DNA from: Basidiobolus meristosporus CBS 931.73
Taxonomy: Eukaryota; Fungi; Basidiobolomycota
DNA: 34,299 bases
Assembly: GCA_002104905.1 (NCBI GenBank)
Contig: MCFE01000805.1
Coordinates: forward strand, 1-34,299
Reading direction: 5' to 3'
The position numbers were made by a program, and so were the translations under genes. The notes beneath the pieces were generated by a model. That model was not told the DNA's origin and ran no database searches. It saw only the letters and a program-made list of their open reading frames with translations. Every line of letters begins with the position of its first letter. Positions within the stretch are counted from its first letter, which is position 1. Positions 1 to 12,860 of the stretch are shown here, one piece after another.

Positions 1-1882
1 CAAGCCTCTCTGGGCATTATTGCAGCTGTATGGCAATCTACAGCTTGTTTGGTATGATGCCACTATACCAATCTACCAAGTGGTATTTTCTTTTGCAATT
101 TCCCCTTATGCAATTAATATATTCCACTGTAGAATCACCCCTCTTTATTTTCTGACCCACTACTACCTTAGGTATTGCACATATAGCTTGAATCAAAAAA
201 AAACTATGGCCTCCTGCTCACCAACCTCAGCAAATGCACACACCTGCCATGATTGGCATACTTCTATGACATCAACATTATGGCTTTTTAGTGTGATACT
301 TGCAAAGTTGCTATGTACCTTGTATTGCTGGAAACATGTACATATTGCAACTATATGCTTGGCTGCTGCCACTTTTGCCATGTACACCTCCTGAATATCT
401 GCAAAGAACACTTTGGTATTTAAACACTATATTTCTACTCCCTTCTAGATTCTACTCCCCCTTATAGATGAGTTCTGGCTCTTGTCTATGTGAACTCTGT
501 ATTGAATGGTGTAGGAATTGGCTTGTGACCAAGAGAAATCTGATAACCTTGCTAGAGTTTTTGTAATAAAGATTAGTTGCATGTTGCAGCCAACCCTACT
601 TTGCATTATATAACTGATTACCCACACATAGGGGCTGCTCAGCTTCTTAATGCCATAGGTATAGATATATCCATGTGCAGATCTGTCTTCAGTTTTTTTC
701 CAACCCTTCCTGGCTGTCCTCCATGTGCTAATGCATCAAATCCATGACAGACTTCAAAGTAATATTCTTGTTGGCATTGGGATATAGCGGTACCTGCAAG
801 TTGACTTGTGTTCCTATCTCCCCACACATTGCTCCATAGGAAACTCCCATAAGGTGAAGCAAGGTCCAGTATTCTCCATACACTTTGTAAGATGGCATAG
901 TAAATGGATACAGTGGTGGCAGAGATTTACTCATTTGGCTTTATTTTGTGGTTTAGCCACTCAAATCCTGTCACTAACTCTTTGCACAAAGTTGTTGGTC
1001 CACCATATTGGCATTGATTATCCGCTTCTGGATTAATATTTTACAATGACTACATATGACTCCCAATGCTTCCAATGTGCACTTGGTAGAAATGGCTTCA
1101 GAATGCCACTTGAATAAGTACATATCCAGTTGATCCAGTCTTTGCATTTGTATTGTTGCATATGTGTATGAATGTAGGTTGGAGCCTGTAAGAAGTACTA
1201 AGGGTAGCAGATATTCTGCAATATCTTGCAAATTCTTTCAAATTTCTCCGGTATCTCAAAGTGCACATTTAGCTTGAAATGCCCAATGTACAACTTGGTT
1301 ATCAGTATAGAGATATTGCTGAAATGCAAATACATTGCTCCCAGTGGAATGTTGTTGCTCCAACAGATACCCTCTATCTTAAGTATCTCCTGTTTCTGAT
1401 TGATTCCATATTCTGGCCAAGGGCTTATAGCTTGCCAATTTTGCTGCAATTGCATGCTTACTTCTGTACATTCTCTCTGTGAAAAGATGATGTTTGTAGT
1501 GCTGGTGTTTGGGTAATAATAATGTGTGTGAGTTATGAAGTAAATCCCCTGGATCTCACACATTTGACAGCAATACCATCCATTATGCCCAGAAAAACCT
1601 GCTATCTTGCTGATGGCTGAGGTATCTCCAATGCAGATAATAATATGCGCTTTTACATGACAGCCATTTACCATTATCCTGCTGGAAAGCATACAAAATT
1701 CATCCAGTAATAGATACAGGTAGCTATCCAGGTTGGACAGTGATTTAGGCCTAGATACCAGTGAGACTACCATCCAATTATTGCTCTGATACTGCAAGAT
1801 GGGTGGCAGATTCAGATTGATGAGAATCAGTGGCCAGAAGGATTTGCTAGTAGAGTACCTGTTTAATGAGAATCCATCAAGC
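1..1882 (-). mobile_element. Degenerate CMC/EnSpm (CACTA-like) transposon, copy A: 3' half of transposase plus downstream region; runs off the window start
   Basis: Minus-strand ORFs 1198..1797 (YLYLLLDEFCML, IGDTSAISKIAGFSGHNGWYCCQMC) and 974..1231. DNA is the reverse complement of about 10850-13440 (e.g. 585-660 vs 12040-12125). Many stops and frameshifts. Confidence 0.85.
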
Positions 1883-4349
1883 GTATGAATATTAATTGGA
1901 GCCTGTGAGAAGTACTTAGGGTAGCGGATACTCTATAATATCTTGCCAATTTTTTCAAATTTCTCCAGTATCTCAAAGGGCTCATTTGGCTTGAAATGCC
2001 CCAGGTACAACTTGGTCATCAGTATAGAGATGTTGCTGAAAAGCAAATGCATTGCTCCCAGTGGAAACTTTTGCTCCAACAGATACCTTCTATCTTAAGT
2101 ATCTCAGGTTTCCAATTGATTCCATATTCTCGCCAATGGCTTATAGCTTGCCAACTTTGCTGCAATTGCATGCTTACTTCTGTATGTTCTCTTTGTGGAA
2201 AGATGAGTTCTTAGTGCTGGTGTTAGGGTAATAACAATGTGTGTGAGTTATGAAGTAAATCCCCTAGATCTCACACATTTGACAGCAATACCATCTATTG
2301 TGCCAGGAAAAACCTGCTATCTTGCTGATGGCTGGGGTATCTCCAATGCAAATAATAATATGCACTTTTACATGACAGCCATTTACCATTATCCTGCTGG
2401 AAAGCATACAAAATTCATCCAGTAATAGATACAGGTAGCTATCCAGGTTATACAGTGATTTAGGCCCAGATACCAGTGAGACTACCATCAGATTATTGCT
2501 CTGATACGGTAAGATGGGTGGTAGACTCAGATTGATGAGAATCAGTGGCCAGCAGGATTTGCTGGTAGAGTACTTGTTTAATGAGAATCCTTCAAGTGCT
2601 AAAGCAAAGGCATGGTCATACATAGCTTCATAGTGCCCTTGCTTCCTTGCTTTTTGTAATCTTTGACATTGAATGTATTGGATATGTTTGTGCTTGATTG
2701 ATACTGAGTGTGGTACTTTTTAGCTTCACATTATTTGTTTGACTTCATGAGCTTCTTTAGACAGGCTATTACCGGAATATACTCAGAGTAAGAACAATGT
2801 TCTGCCACAATTGTGGTAAATTCCTGACAAGTTGGACAATATGCAATGGTAGTATTTTCTGATGTGAAAGCCATGCAACTGTTAGCAAATGATGGAATCA
2901 GGACAGTCTCTGGGTCAATTGTTGCAGCCACATAACAGTTGTCCATTTATAGCATGTACATGGTAAGTTGCATCCCAGGATGATTTTGGCATGAAGTAGT
3001 AATAGTTCCTCAAAGCCCCCATTACTGATATTAGTGGATATGTGCCACTTATCTAGCCCCAACAACACATCATTCAACAATAGTTGGACTACTGGGCTCA
3101 CTTGACTCTATAAAGTATCCTTGGCAATTTTTCCATAGATGTTGTCATTGCATAATGCAATTTTATTGGGCTCATGCAGGGTACTGTTGCAGGCAAAGAT
3201 GTGCACACAATCCATCAGTGAGCATGCTTCTTCAGAGCTATAACACTGCATGCCATATTAGGAAGGCCAGGGTGAGCCCAAAGACATCACAAATGCACCT
3301 GACTCAGCTTGTGCATGGTGAAAAGTATGGCTGGGTGCTGTTATAAAACTTTCAAGTGCCAGTAAGATACTGTTGGTACAGTAGTGACTGTTGAATGGGC
3401 AAATAGTACTTGTGTGGCAAAACACTGGCTGCAATCCTTGTAGTACTTTTATGCTGTCTGTGCACTTCATAGCTGAGAGGCTTGCTACAATAACCACATG
3501 GTCTTTTTGTCTTCTCTTAGAGTATCAAATCAGAGTAGTTTTATCCATGGAGCTAAAAGTTTGAAACTCTACTATGTAACACTATTATATCACTTTTTGT
3601 CAACACTCATGTCAATGTAAGACAGTCTTGTGGTTGAGACATTGCACCTACATGAATTTAAGATTCAATGATGACCCAGCATAGTAAGCATTATAAATAA
3701 AATTATGGCACCACATACAGATGTATATGTAGCACCATTTCCCCTTTGGTTTGACTCACTTCCATATATATGCCACCAAAAAACAAAGTAAAGTTGCCTG
3801 GTTTCCAACCAAACCCCACTGCTAACCACAGCAGAAGAATGGTTGGACAACAGCTTGCTTCCACGTTCAGTGCAAAAGTGGGGCTTTGCTCAAAAAGACC
3901 CTGTGGACAGTGTGCCCACTAAAGGTAATATTGTGGGCTCCTCAGGCTCTCAGTTGAGTAGGCAATTAGGAATCACTGTGGAGCCACAAGCTGACTATAA
4001 TGCTGAGGCAGATATGAATGTAACAATAGCAATACCTGCAGTTGAAGACCTTCAAGTGGCCATCATAACATCATGACCACCCATATTAGCAAGTATGCTG
4101 TCAGCTCATACCACAGTATTAACAAGGCAATTAGGGCCAGTGGCTGAAAGGATCCATGCAATGGCCCAGAGAAGTCAGGAAATAGTCCAGAAAAGCTGAT
4201 GAGCAGAAAATATTGGTAGAGCAATCAATATACCAGGAAGAGAAAGCAGTACCTTTGCTGCAAAGAAGGGACTCAAGTAGCTTAATGTGAAAGCAATAAT
4301 TGAGCCATTTGATAGTGTAGCAGCAGAGGAACAACATACAATATTTGAA

Positions 4350-5755
4350 TGTTTTGCATCAACACTTAAACTTGACCTATTTTACTCTGATATAAAATAG
4401 ACTTGTTCCGTTGGATAGTGGCACATTGAGCCATGAGTGCCAAATAGTGCCATAATGTGCCTGAAAGTCATAGTAGACCTAAACTTGGCCACAGAGTGTG
4501 ACATATAGTTGTGCATATTCATGCAAAGTAGCCCCTGTGTTTCATGTACTGTGCAGGAGAAAATCAATTTTTTAACCTTTTTTTTGGGATCAAAATTGTG
4601 CATGATGTAAAAGAGCACAGACAGACTGAAGATATGCATCTGGTACACAATATTCATGGCACTCTAAATCTAGCCCCACAGGCTTGTAGAATGTCACAAA
4701 AATGCATGGCACTATCTTGGTCCACTGGTACTATCTGGCACTATAAGTGCTTTGTATAGGTTCTACTTTAGGGCTAATATTTAAATACAGTGCCAGATAG
4801 TACCAGTGGACCAAGATAGTGCCATGCATTTTTGTGACATGCTACAAGCCTGTGGGGCTAGATTTAGAGTGCCACGGGTATTATGTACCAGATGCATATC
4901 TTCAGTCTGTCTGTGCTCTTTTACATCATGCACAATTTTGATCCCAAAGAAAAGGTTAAAAAATTGATTTTCTCCTGCACAGTAAATGAAACACAGGGGC
5001 TGCTTTGCATGAATATGCAGAACTATATGTCACACTCTGTGGCCAAGTTTAGGTCTGATATGACTCTCAGGCACACTATGACACTATTTGGCACTCAAGG
5101 CTCAATGTGGCACTATCCAACGGAACAAGTCTAATATAGTACCCTAACTGATTTTCCCTAACCCACACATAACTAATCCCAGTTATGGTTTATGTTAACA
5201 CTTCCCAGAATCTATTATTAACTGTCACACCTGATCAATTTTAATGTGGTCATTGCATCCTCAACTGATCTGCTAAACCTTTCCAGGTGATTAGTCATCT
5301 GAGATCTATCCAACAACTTAGCAGTTGCCAAGACATCAGCTGATTAATGATGCAATGTCACATCTATCTCATGCACCTATAAACACCCCAACATATCAAA
5401 GAAACTAGACCAGTCTTTTGGCACTTACTAATTGAACTTGATCCGAAAAATATAAATAAAGTTTACTGAACCTTTGGGTTGAGTGTTTCTCAACAAATTT
5501 AAGATTGTACCTCAGCAAAATTAAGCATATAACAATTCCTTTCTAGTTTCCACCCAAGCCTAGCATATATAGCATTCCTAAGAACACCAAGCCTAGCCTA
5601 TATAGCAAACCAACTCTGATGCCTTTGTAGCCCAACTCAACTATATACATAGCCAATATCAGACCAGAACTTCTCTGCTAATCTTCACTTAGATGTCACT
5701 TAGGTTCAGTTAACTCATTTAAGAGCTTTATTACACTTTTCTCTTGGATACAACA
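4350..5755. mobile_element. Solo LTR (669 bp after removing the nested fold-back element); family distinct from the 349-bp Copia LTR
   Basis: Termini TGTT...AACA. 5-bp TSD TTGAA (4345-4349) / TTGAG (5756-5760). Reconstructed empty site aligns without gaps to copy C ORF2. Confidence 0.75.
4399..5132. mobile_element. 734-bp fold-back / MITE-like element, copy 1 (347-bp inverted arms, 40-bp spacer)
   Basis: AGACTTGTTCCGTTGG...CCAACGGAACAAGTCT. Arms 4399-4745 and 4786-5132. Flanked by AAT/AAT. Confidence 0.92.
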
Positions 5756-6131
5756 TTGAGGCATAGCAACAGCGCCCAAAGACAAAGTCCCACAGAAAAA
5801 CCTGTCACAGCATGGGAGGGTGAAAATGTAGTGATTATACCAATGCCAAAAAATCAAATGATATTGAAGATCTGTGAAGCCAAAACAGCTGTTTCTCAAG
5901 TGTAGAAAGCGCAGCCAGTTAAGCTACACTCTAGTGAGGTAGATGAGTTTGCAGAGAAAAGCCATTTGTCTACTACTGCCTCTATGTCCTCCATTGTAGA
6001 CAGAGTGGAGATTCCACTGATAGACAAAGTAGCATTGACAAGAACTCCCAAGGTTAGCATCAATGCCTATAGTGATATATTGGAACATCAATAGGTATTC
6101 TACAAAGTTGCAGCACTTCTTCAAGAGCAGT

Positions 6132-7069
6132 CCATATGAAAAATTTTTGTGATGATCCCATCAAAAGACTGTCACAGATTTGAAGTCCCATGACCAAGAG
6201 GTACTGATCCTGTCAGGACACTGTATAGAGACCATTGAAAATAATTGTGCCCCAGATTTCACAAAAAAACATAGGCATAATTCTTTATAATAACCATATA
6301 TAAGTGGCTTTTAAAAGATTCTCTGCCAATTCACTCACTTTCTGATCCCAGACACTCCATCACCTCCTACATATGGGTGCATTGATTGGCTATTGCCTCT
6401 TTTTCACACTCCTTACTTCCGGACTCAACTATTTATCTTACTTGTCACGCATACAAATTGATTTATTTCCATTAAAACTTTGGTTGTACCTCAATTGCCA
6501 ATTGTATTGACCTAAACCAGTCCCTATACCCTACACTAACCTTAAGCCCAACCCTACATTCAACAAGTAACTCCATTAAAGTCCACCATTCAATAAGTAT
6601 TTATGCTGTAATGTTCTGTTTCCTGGACTTTGGCAGTAACCCAACAGCTTTATGCCACTATTCATTCACTGGTTCCCTTATATCTTGGTCTTCAGCAAGC
6701 ACTGAAAGGTCAAGCACCTCATCTGCCAATCTTTACAATAAGTCCTTAAGATACTCAAGTTTGTTTTCTTGAGCACTACTCTTGAAGAAGTGCTGCAACC
6801 TCCTGGTGTGCCTGTTGATGTTCTAAAATTCCACTGAAGGTGTTGTGATAGTATTGTAAGCTCTTGATGTTATAGCCTTGTCTGTTGGTAGGATCTCCAC
6901 TGTGTCAGCAATGGACAATATGGAGGCTGTGGTAGACAAAATGCCTTTTTATACAAACACATCTACCTTGCTGGAGTGTAGCTCCACTGGCTGCACTTCC
7001 ACCTCTTGTGAGATCAGTTGTTTTGTTGTTGCTGGTTGGCCTTGGCTATAATTGGATTCAGTCTGTTCC
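6132..7069 (+). mobile_element. Left end of the CMC element (left TIR CCATATGAAAAATT..., subterminal region, ORF2 3' part in antisense)
   Basis: Colinear with 16924-17405 and 25361-26252. 6770-7030 is the reverse complement of 5880-6131. Confidence 0.8.
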
Positions 7070-8185
7070 GGTGCAGTGGGGTCACAGTGACACCCAATGA
7101 CAGATGTGCTCATTACTATATCTTCTACTTCCCTACTTCTCTACTACCCTTATTTTAGCTTTATCCCATTTGTTGTACTTGATCAATACTATCCCATAAG
7201 CTGGCTGACAATCACAGCTGCTTACCTTATTGCATAAATTATCCCTTGCCTTATGTAAGATAACTAGCTATGAGTGCTTCTATATTAGGCAGGTACCCAC
7301 GCCAGTACCCATGACACAATACCAGTCTGTGTCACCATCCCTACCATTTTTATACCATATATGGTACCCCTATATTACACAGGTTTCACAATTCTGATTC
7401 CTGATTGATTGAATGTGCTGTGCCTCTTGGAATCTTCCTGCACATACTCAGAACATTCTTACATCATTCCAATGTCATTAAGATTTCTATTGATATCCAT
7501 AACCTTCTGGAACACCATGATTAGTAATCACTTAGTCAGTAAGAAAAGTATATAAGGGAGGCTATCCCTTATCAGTGAATCATCATCCCTTTTATCAATA
7601 TACTGACTTGTTGATTAGTGTGATCACTCCTACCTGCTGCTACCTGAGCTTCCAACCCCAGACCACAGGACACTCCCAGGAAACCATGCTGACAGCCAAC
7701 TAACCTTGGAGGCACTACTTGTGAGGAATACTCAGAGTAGGTATCTTTTATTATATTTGATTCTTTCCCAAGTTTGTTCTTGTACAAGCAAAGATACTCT
7801 TCTGTCTTTGTGACTATTGACCACAGCTGCATTCTTATCAATTCCCTGCTGGTGGAGTTTACAGTTGTGTTGACTCTGGAAGCTTTACAACATTATCATC
7901 TCAAAAGAATGCTGAACCCAGCACATACTTTTGTTAAGATGCCAACTGTGTTGGGGATTGTAGCTCAGTAGTTTTCCCTTGACAAGCTTGTGGCTTTATT
8001 CCCCATCACATTAGATCAAAGACAGAACCCAAGTATTCCTAGCAAGCTTTTGCCAGAGGTTATTGCACCCAGTGAACATCCCAATCACAAAACACTTGAG
8101 AAGTATTGGACATGTCTCTCCCTTGGACCTATACACCACCACATTGGGCTTATGGCATTGATTGGCTAAAACTGCAGTTTTTTCC
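7070..8185 (-). mobile_element. Right-end (3') region of the CMC element, inverted, lacking the terminal ~110 bp
   Basis: Reverse complement of about 13610-15150 with a single copy of the 443-bp unit. Confidence 0.85.
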
Positions 8186-9638
8186 TCATACTTCCCTGTC
8201 TCTGGCTTGGGTAGACATTTTCCCTTTACCTTTTCCTTTATCACTGCCAGGTCTTTCACTGCTGCTTTGTCTGAGTGCTTCTTGTAGCAAACTAAGTTTT
8301 TCCCATGATAAATTATGCTCAGATGCATTTATTTTGGCCTTTTTGGCCCTGGCTGGCACTCTTCTGGCAACCTGATATTTCTTTTCTGCTTGTGTTGAGC
8401 TATCAACTGTAGTTGTTGCAGGCTCCTGAGAAAGCTGCTGGTTTTTATCACTGCCAGGTCCTTCACTGCCACTTTGACTGAGTACCTCTTCAGTGGTACC
8501 ATGCTTTTTGTTTGATAAATATTGTGCTGGTGCATCCATGTCTGCCTGCTTGTCCTGTGCTGAAGAGTTGGTGCCTGCCTACTTGACTCTGATTGAAGCT
8601 CTTCCAGCTACCTGACATCTCTTTGATGCTTGTTTGGGTACTTGGCCCTGCTTGTAACCATCTCTTGAGGCAGCCTCTGCTTTTAGCCATGGCACCCTTG
8701 TTCTTCTGCATTTGATAGTTTCTGCTACTCTAAAGACACTTTCTGAGCATACAAATGCTGGCACAAAATCTGTGTGCCAGTATGAATCCTGGATAATGCT
8801 CATTGAGCAAGTCAAGTGCATTCTGCTTGGCCTTGAGTTCCTGATGGTCCTATGAAATGCCAGCCTTAAGGTGCTGACATGCTACACTTCTGACAGCCTC
8901 TTTTATATTAGCTTACTCTTCATCATTGCACTCAATGGCTTCACAGATCTACAATGTCTTTTGACTTTTAGGCTTTGATATAAACACCGCATTGTATCCC
9001 TCCACATGCTGTGATAAGTTTTTCTGTGGGCTTATCTTTGAGCACTGTTGTTGTGCTTCAAAGACTGTACAGTGTTCCTCTGCTTTTGCATTGGAAAATG
9101 GCTCAATTCTTGGCTGTGACATTAAGCTACTTGAGTTCCTTCTCTGCAGCAAAGATACTCCTTTCTCTACATGGGATATTGATTGCTCCAAGCAAATTAT
9201 CTGCTCATCTAGTTTCTGGACTATTTTGTGAATACTTGGGGCCATTGCATCTATCCTATCAGCAACTGCACCTAATTGCTTCATTAATGCTTTGGTATGA
9301 GCTGACAACATACTTGCTAATATAGGTGGTGGTGATCTTATGACAGCCACTTGGAAGTCTTCTACTGAGGGTACTGTATTTGCTGCATTGTCCTCTGCCT
9401 GAGTATAAAGGTCAGCTTGCCACTCTGCAGAGGTTCTCAGTTGCTTACTTGACTGAGAGCCTAAGGAGGCTGCATTATTACCTTCAGTGGGTACACTGTC
9501 AACACAGCCTTTGTTGAATATAGCCTCACTTGTTGCACTGAATGTGAAAGCAAGCTGTTGCCCACCCATTCTTTTGCTGCCATTGGTGGTGGGGTTTGGC
9601 TGGGAACCAGACAAGTTTGCTTTATTTTTTGGCGGCAT
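8186..9638 (-). pseudogene. Transposon accessory ORF2 (copy C); 229-aa open part, continuing in frame through stops into 8490..8711 and a low-complexity region
   Basis: MPPKNKAN... start shared with copy B. Coiled-coil-like stretch (LMKQLGAVADRIDAM...LEQSISHVEKG). No family recognised. Confidence 0.6.
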
Positions 9639-9739
9639 ATATAAAGCAGCAAGTCAAACAAGAGGGGAAGCAGTGTTACACATTATGAGTATGTGGTGCC
9701 ACTGCTATATTTATAGTACTTACTATGGTGGGTCATCAT

Positions 9740-12120
9740 TGAATCTTACATTCATGTAGGTGCAATGTCTCAAATACAAGACTGTCTTAAGTTTGCATGA
9801 GTATTGACCAAAAAGTGATGAAATAGCATTACATTTTTGAAGGTCAAACTGTTTGCCCCATGGACAAGACTACTTTGATGCAATGCCTTTAGAGAAGGGA
9901 AAAAAGACCATGTAGCTATTGTAGCAAGCCTCTCAGCCATGAAGCATGCAGACAGCATAGGAAGTATTACAAGGATCACAGCCAGTGTTTTGCCACAAAA
10001 GTCATATTTGACCATTCATCAGCTACTACTGCATCAACATTATCTTTCCAGCTGGTTGATACTTCTATATTGGCCCTGCCTGTCTTTGTCACCTTGCACA
10101 AAGTGAGTCAGGTGAGTTTGTGGCACCTTTAGGCTCACCTCAGCCTTCTGAATATGGCATACAGAGTGAGAACTCCAACACAGAAGGCTCACTGATGGAC
10201 TGTGACCCTATCTCCCCTAACAACAGTACCACACATAAGCCCAGTCAAATCCCAATATGCAATGAGACAACACCAATTGAGCAAATAGAAGGATATTTTA
10301 TGGAGCCAAGTGAGCCCAGTAATCCATCTACTGGTGGGTGATGTAATGTTGTGGCCAGAGAAGTGACACATTTCCACTAATATTAATAATGGGGGCTTTG
10401 AGGACTCATTACTACTTCTTGCAAAAATCATTACCGGATGCAACTTACCACATACATGGTATAAGCAGGAAACTTGCATGCAGCTGGCAACATGTGACCC
10501 AGAGACTGTCCTGATTCCAGCATGTGTTAACAGTTGCATAGCATTTATATCCAAAAATGACACAATTGCAACATGTCCAATTTGTCAGGAATCCACCACC
10601 ATTGAGCAAAAACATTGTTCACACTCCAAGTATATTCCAGTAATACTACATCTAAAGAAGCTTGTTCAGTCCAACAAATACTGTGAGGCTATGAAGTTCC
10701 CCACTCATTATCAATCAAGCACAAACATATCCAATACATTGTATAGCAAACATTGCAAAGAGCCAAGCAGCAAGGACTACTTTGAAGATATGTATGGCCA
10801 TGCATTTGCCTTAGCACTTGATGGATTCTCATTACACAAGTACTCTACCAGCAAATCCTGCTGGCCACTGATTCTTATCAACCTGCATCTGCTGCCTATC
10901 TTATGGTATCAGAGCAAAAATTGGATAGTAGTCTCACTGGTATTTTGCACTAAATCACTGTCTAACCTGGATAGCTACTTGTGTCCATTACTGGATGAGT
11001 TCTGCATGCTTTCTATTTGGATAACAGTAAATGGCTGTCATGTAAAAGCTTTTATTATTATGTGCATAGGAGATGCCCCAGCAATCAGCAAGATAGCTGG
11101 CTTTTCTGGGCACAGTATACAATATTGCCATCAAATGTGTGGGATCCAGGAGATTTACTCCATAACTTACACACATTATTATTACCCAAACACCAACACT
11201 AAGAGCAGCATTTTCCACAGAGAAAACATACAGAATTCAGCATGCAATTGCAGCAAAGTTGGCAAGCTATAAGCCATTAGCCAGAATATGTAATCAATTG
11301 GAAACCAGAGATACTTAAGACACAGGGTATTGGTTGGAGTAAAAGCTTTCCACTGGGAGCAATGTATTTGCTTTTCAACAATATCTCATACTGATGACCA
11401 ATTTGTACAAGGGGCATTTTACGCTCAATCAGCCCTTCAAGATACCCAGGAAATATGAAAGAATTGGCAAGATGTTACAGCATCTGCTACCCTAAGTACT
11501 TCTCACAGGCTCCAATCAATATTCATACCCAAATGAAGCAATGCAAATGCAAAGACTGGATGAGCTGTATATGTATTTATTCAAGTGGTCTTCTGAAGCC
11601 ATTCCTAATAGGAGTATATTGGAAGTATTGGGAGTCATATGTGGACATTGTGGGAATATTTATCCAGAAGGAGATCATCAATGTCAACTTGACACATGTA
11701 CAGCTGTTGTGTGAGGAGTTTGTAACAGGATTTAAGCAGCTACACTACAAACATAAAGCTTCATGTGTAGATCTCTACTGCTACTGTATTCATTCTCTAC
11801 TCCATCTTGCTTGGTGTGTGGAGAACATTGGGCCTTGCCTCACCTTTTGGGAGTTTCCTATGGAGCAGATGTGTGGGGAGATAGGAAGACAAGTCAAGTT
11901 GTAGGTAATACCATATCATAATCTCATCTAGAATATTATGTTCAAGTTTGTCATGGATTTGATGAGTTGGCACATGGAGCACAGTCAGGAAGAGTTAGAA
12001 GATACTGACAACAGATGTGTACATTGAGAGACCTATGCCTATGGCATTAAGAAGCTAAGCAGCCCCAAAGCATGGGTAATCAGCTAAGTAATGCAAAGTT
12101 GGGTTGGGTGCAATAAGCAA
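9740..12120 (+). pseudogene. CACTA/EnSpm-type (Transposase_21/Tnp2 plus DUF4218-like) transposase pseudogene; decayed coding-like sequence continues after the fold-back insertion to about 13280
   Basis: Motifs C-N-C...CPIC, LALDGF...SCWPLILINL, LDSYLCPLLDEF, IGDAPAISKIAGFSGH, and HSLLHLAWCVENIGPCLTFWEFPMEQMCG, all typical of EnSpm transposases. Start is approximate. Confidence 0.85.
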
Positions 12121-12126
12121 CTAATT

Positions 12127-12860
12127 AGACTTGTTCCGTTGGATAGTGCCACATTGAGCCATGAGTGCCAAATGATGCCATAGTGTGCCAGAGAGGCCAA
12201 TTGAGCCTCTACCTGGCCACAGGGTGTGAAACATAGCTCCGCATCTTCATGCAAAGCAGCCCCTGTGTTTCACCCATTGTGTTGGAGAAGATCCATTTTT
12301 TGACCTTTTTTTTTGGATCAATATTGTGCAGGATATGTTAAAGCACAAGCAGATTGAAGATAAGCATCTGGTACCCAATACCCTTGGCACTCTGAATCTA
12401 GCTCCTGTAGCTTGTATCATGTCACAAAAATGAATGGCACTATCTTGGTCCACTGGGACTATCTGGCACTGTAAGTGCTTTGTATAGATTCTACTTTAGG
12501 GCTAATATTTAAATATAGTGCCAGATAGTCCCAGTGGACCAAGATAGTGCCATTCATTTTTGTGACATGATACAAGCTACAGGAGCTAGATTCAGAGTGC
12601 CATGGGTATTGAGTACCAGATGCATATCTTCAGCTCTCCTGTGCTCTTACACATCCTGAGCTACATTGATCCACAAAAAAAGGTCAAAAAATGGATTTTC
12701 TCCTGGGCAATGGGTGAAACACAGGGGCTGCTTTACATAAAGATGCAGAGCTATGTTTCACACTCTATGGCCAAGTATAGGCTCACTTGACCTCTCTGGC
12801 ACACTATGGCATCATTTGGCACTCATGGCTCAATGTGGCACTATCCAATGGAACAAGTCT
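12127..12860. mobile_element. 734-bp fold-back / MITE-like element, copy 2
   Basis: Arms 12127-12473 and 12514-12860, same 40-bp spacer as copy 1. ATT/ATT TSD. Empty site visible in paralogs at about 16558 and 585. Confidence 0.92.

Larger units (their letters stand above)
1883..6131 (-). mobile_element. Degenerate CMC/EnSpm transposon, copy B: transposase 5' part (minus, about 1883-3660) plus divergent ORF2 (plus, 3770-6131), interrupted by a solo LTR and a fold-back element
   Basis: ORFs 2264..2623 (ALALEGFSLNKYSTSKSCWPLILINLSLPP) and 2731..2946 (DPETVLIPSFANSCMAF...CPTCQ) match copy C 10478..11272. ATGCCACCAAAAAAC at 3770 matches the ORF2 start at 9638. Boundaries approximate. Confidence 0.8.
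3770..6131 (+). pseudogene. Transposon accessory ORF2 relic (copy B), split by the 4350-5755 insertion and internally deleted near 5880
   Basis: Peptide 3843..4076 (VDSVPTKGN...VEDLQVAIITS) aligns to 8949..9638 (VDSVPTEGN...VEDFQVAVIRS). Removing 4350-5755 and one TSD copy restores colinearity with copy C. Confidence 0.7.

Noticed and set aside
4767-4773. TTTAGGG telomere-like motif in the fold-back spacer
   Set aside because: Single unit per element; expected by chance.
4739-4792. Mini CACTA element (CACTA...CAGTG) at the palindrome centre
   Set aside because: Flanks are inverted (TGG/CCA), not a direct TSD; these motifs are just the inner arm ends.
4398-5133. Tc1/mariner assignment (TA TSD) for the fold-back element
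   Set aside because: The TA model leaves 3 extra bases relative to two paralogous empty sites; the 3-bp AWT model fits exactly.
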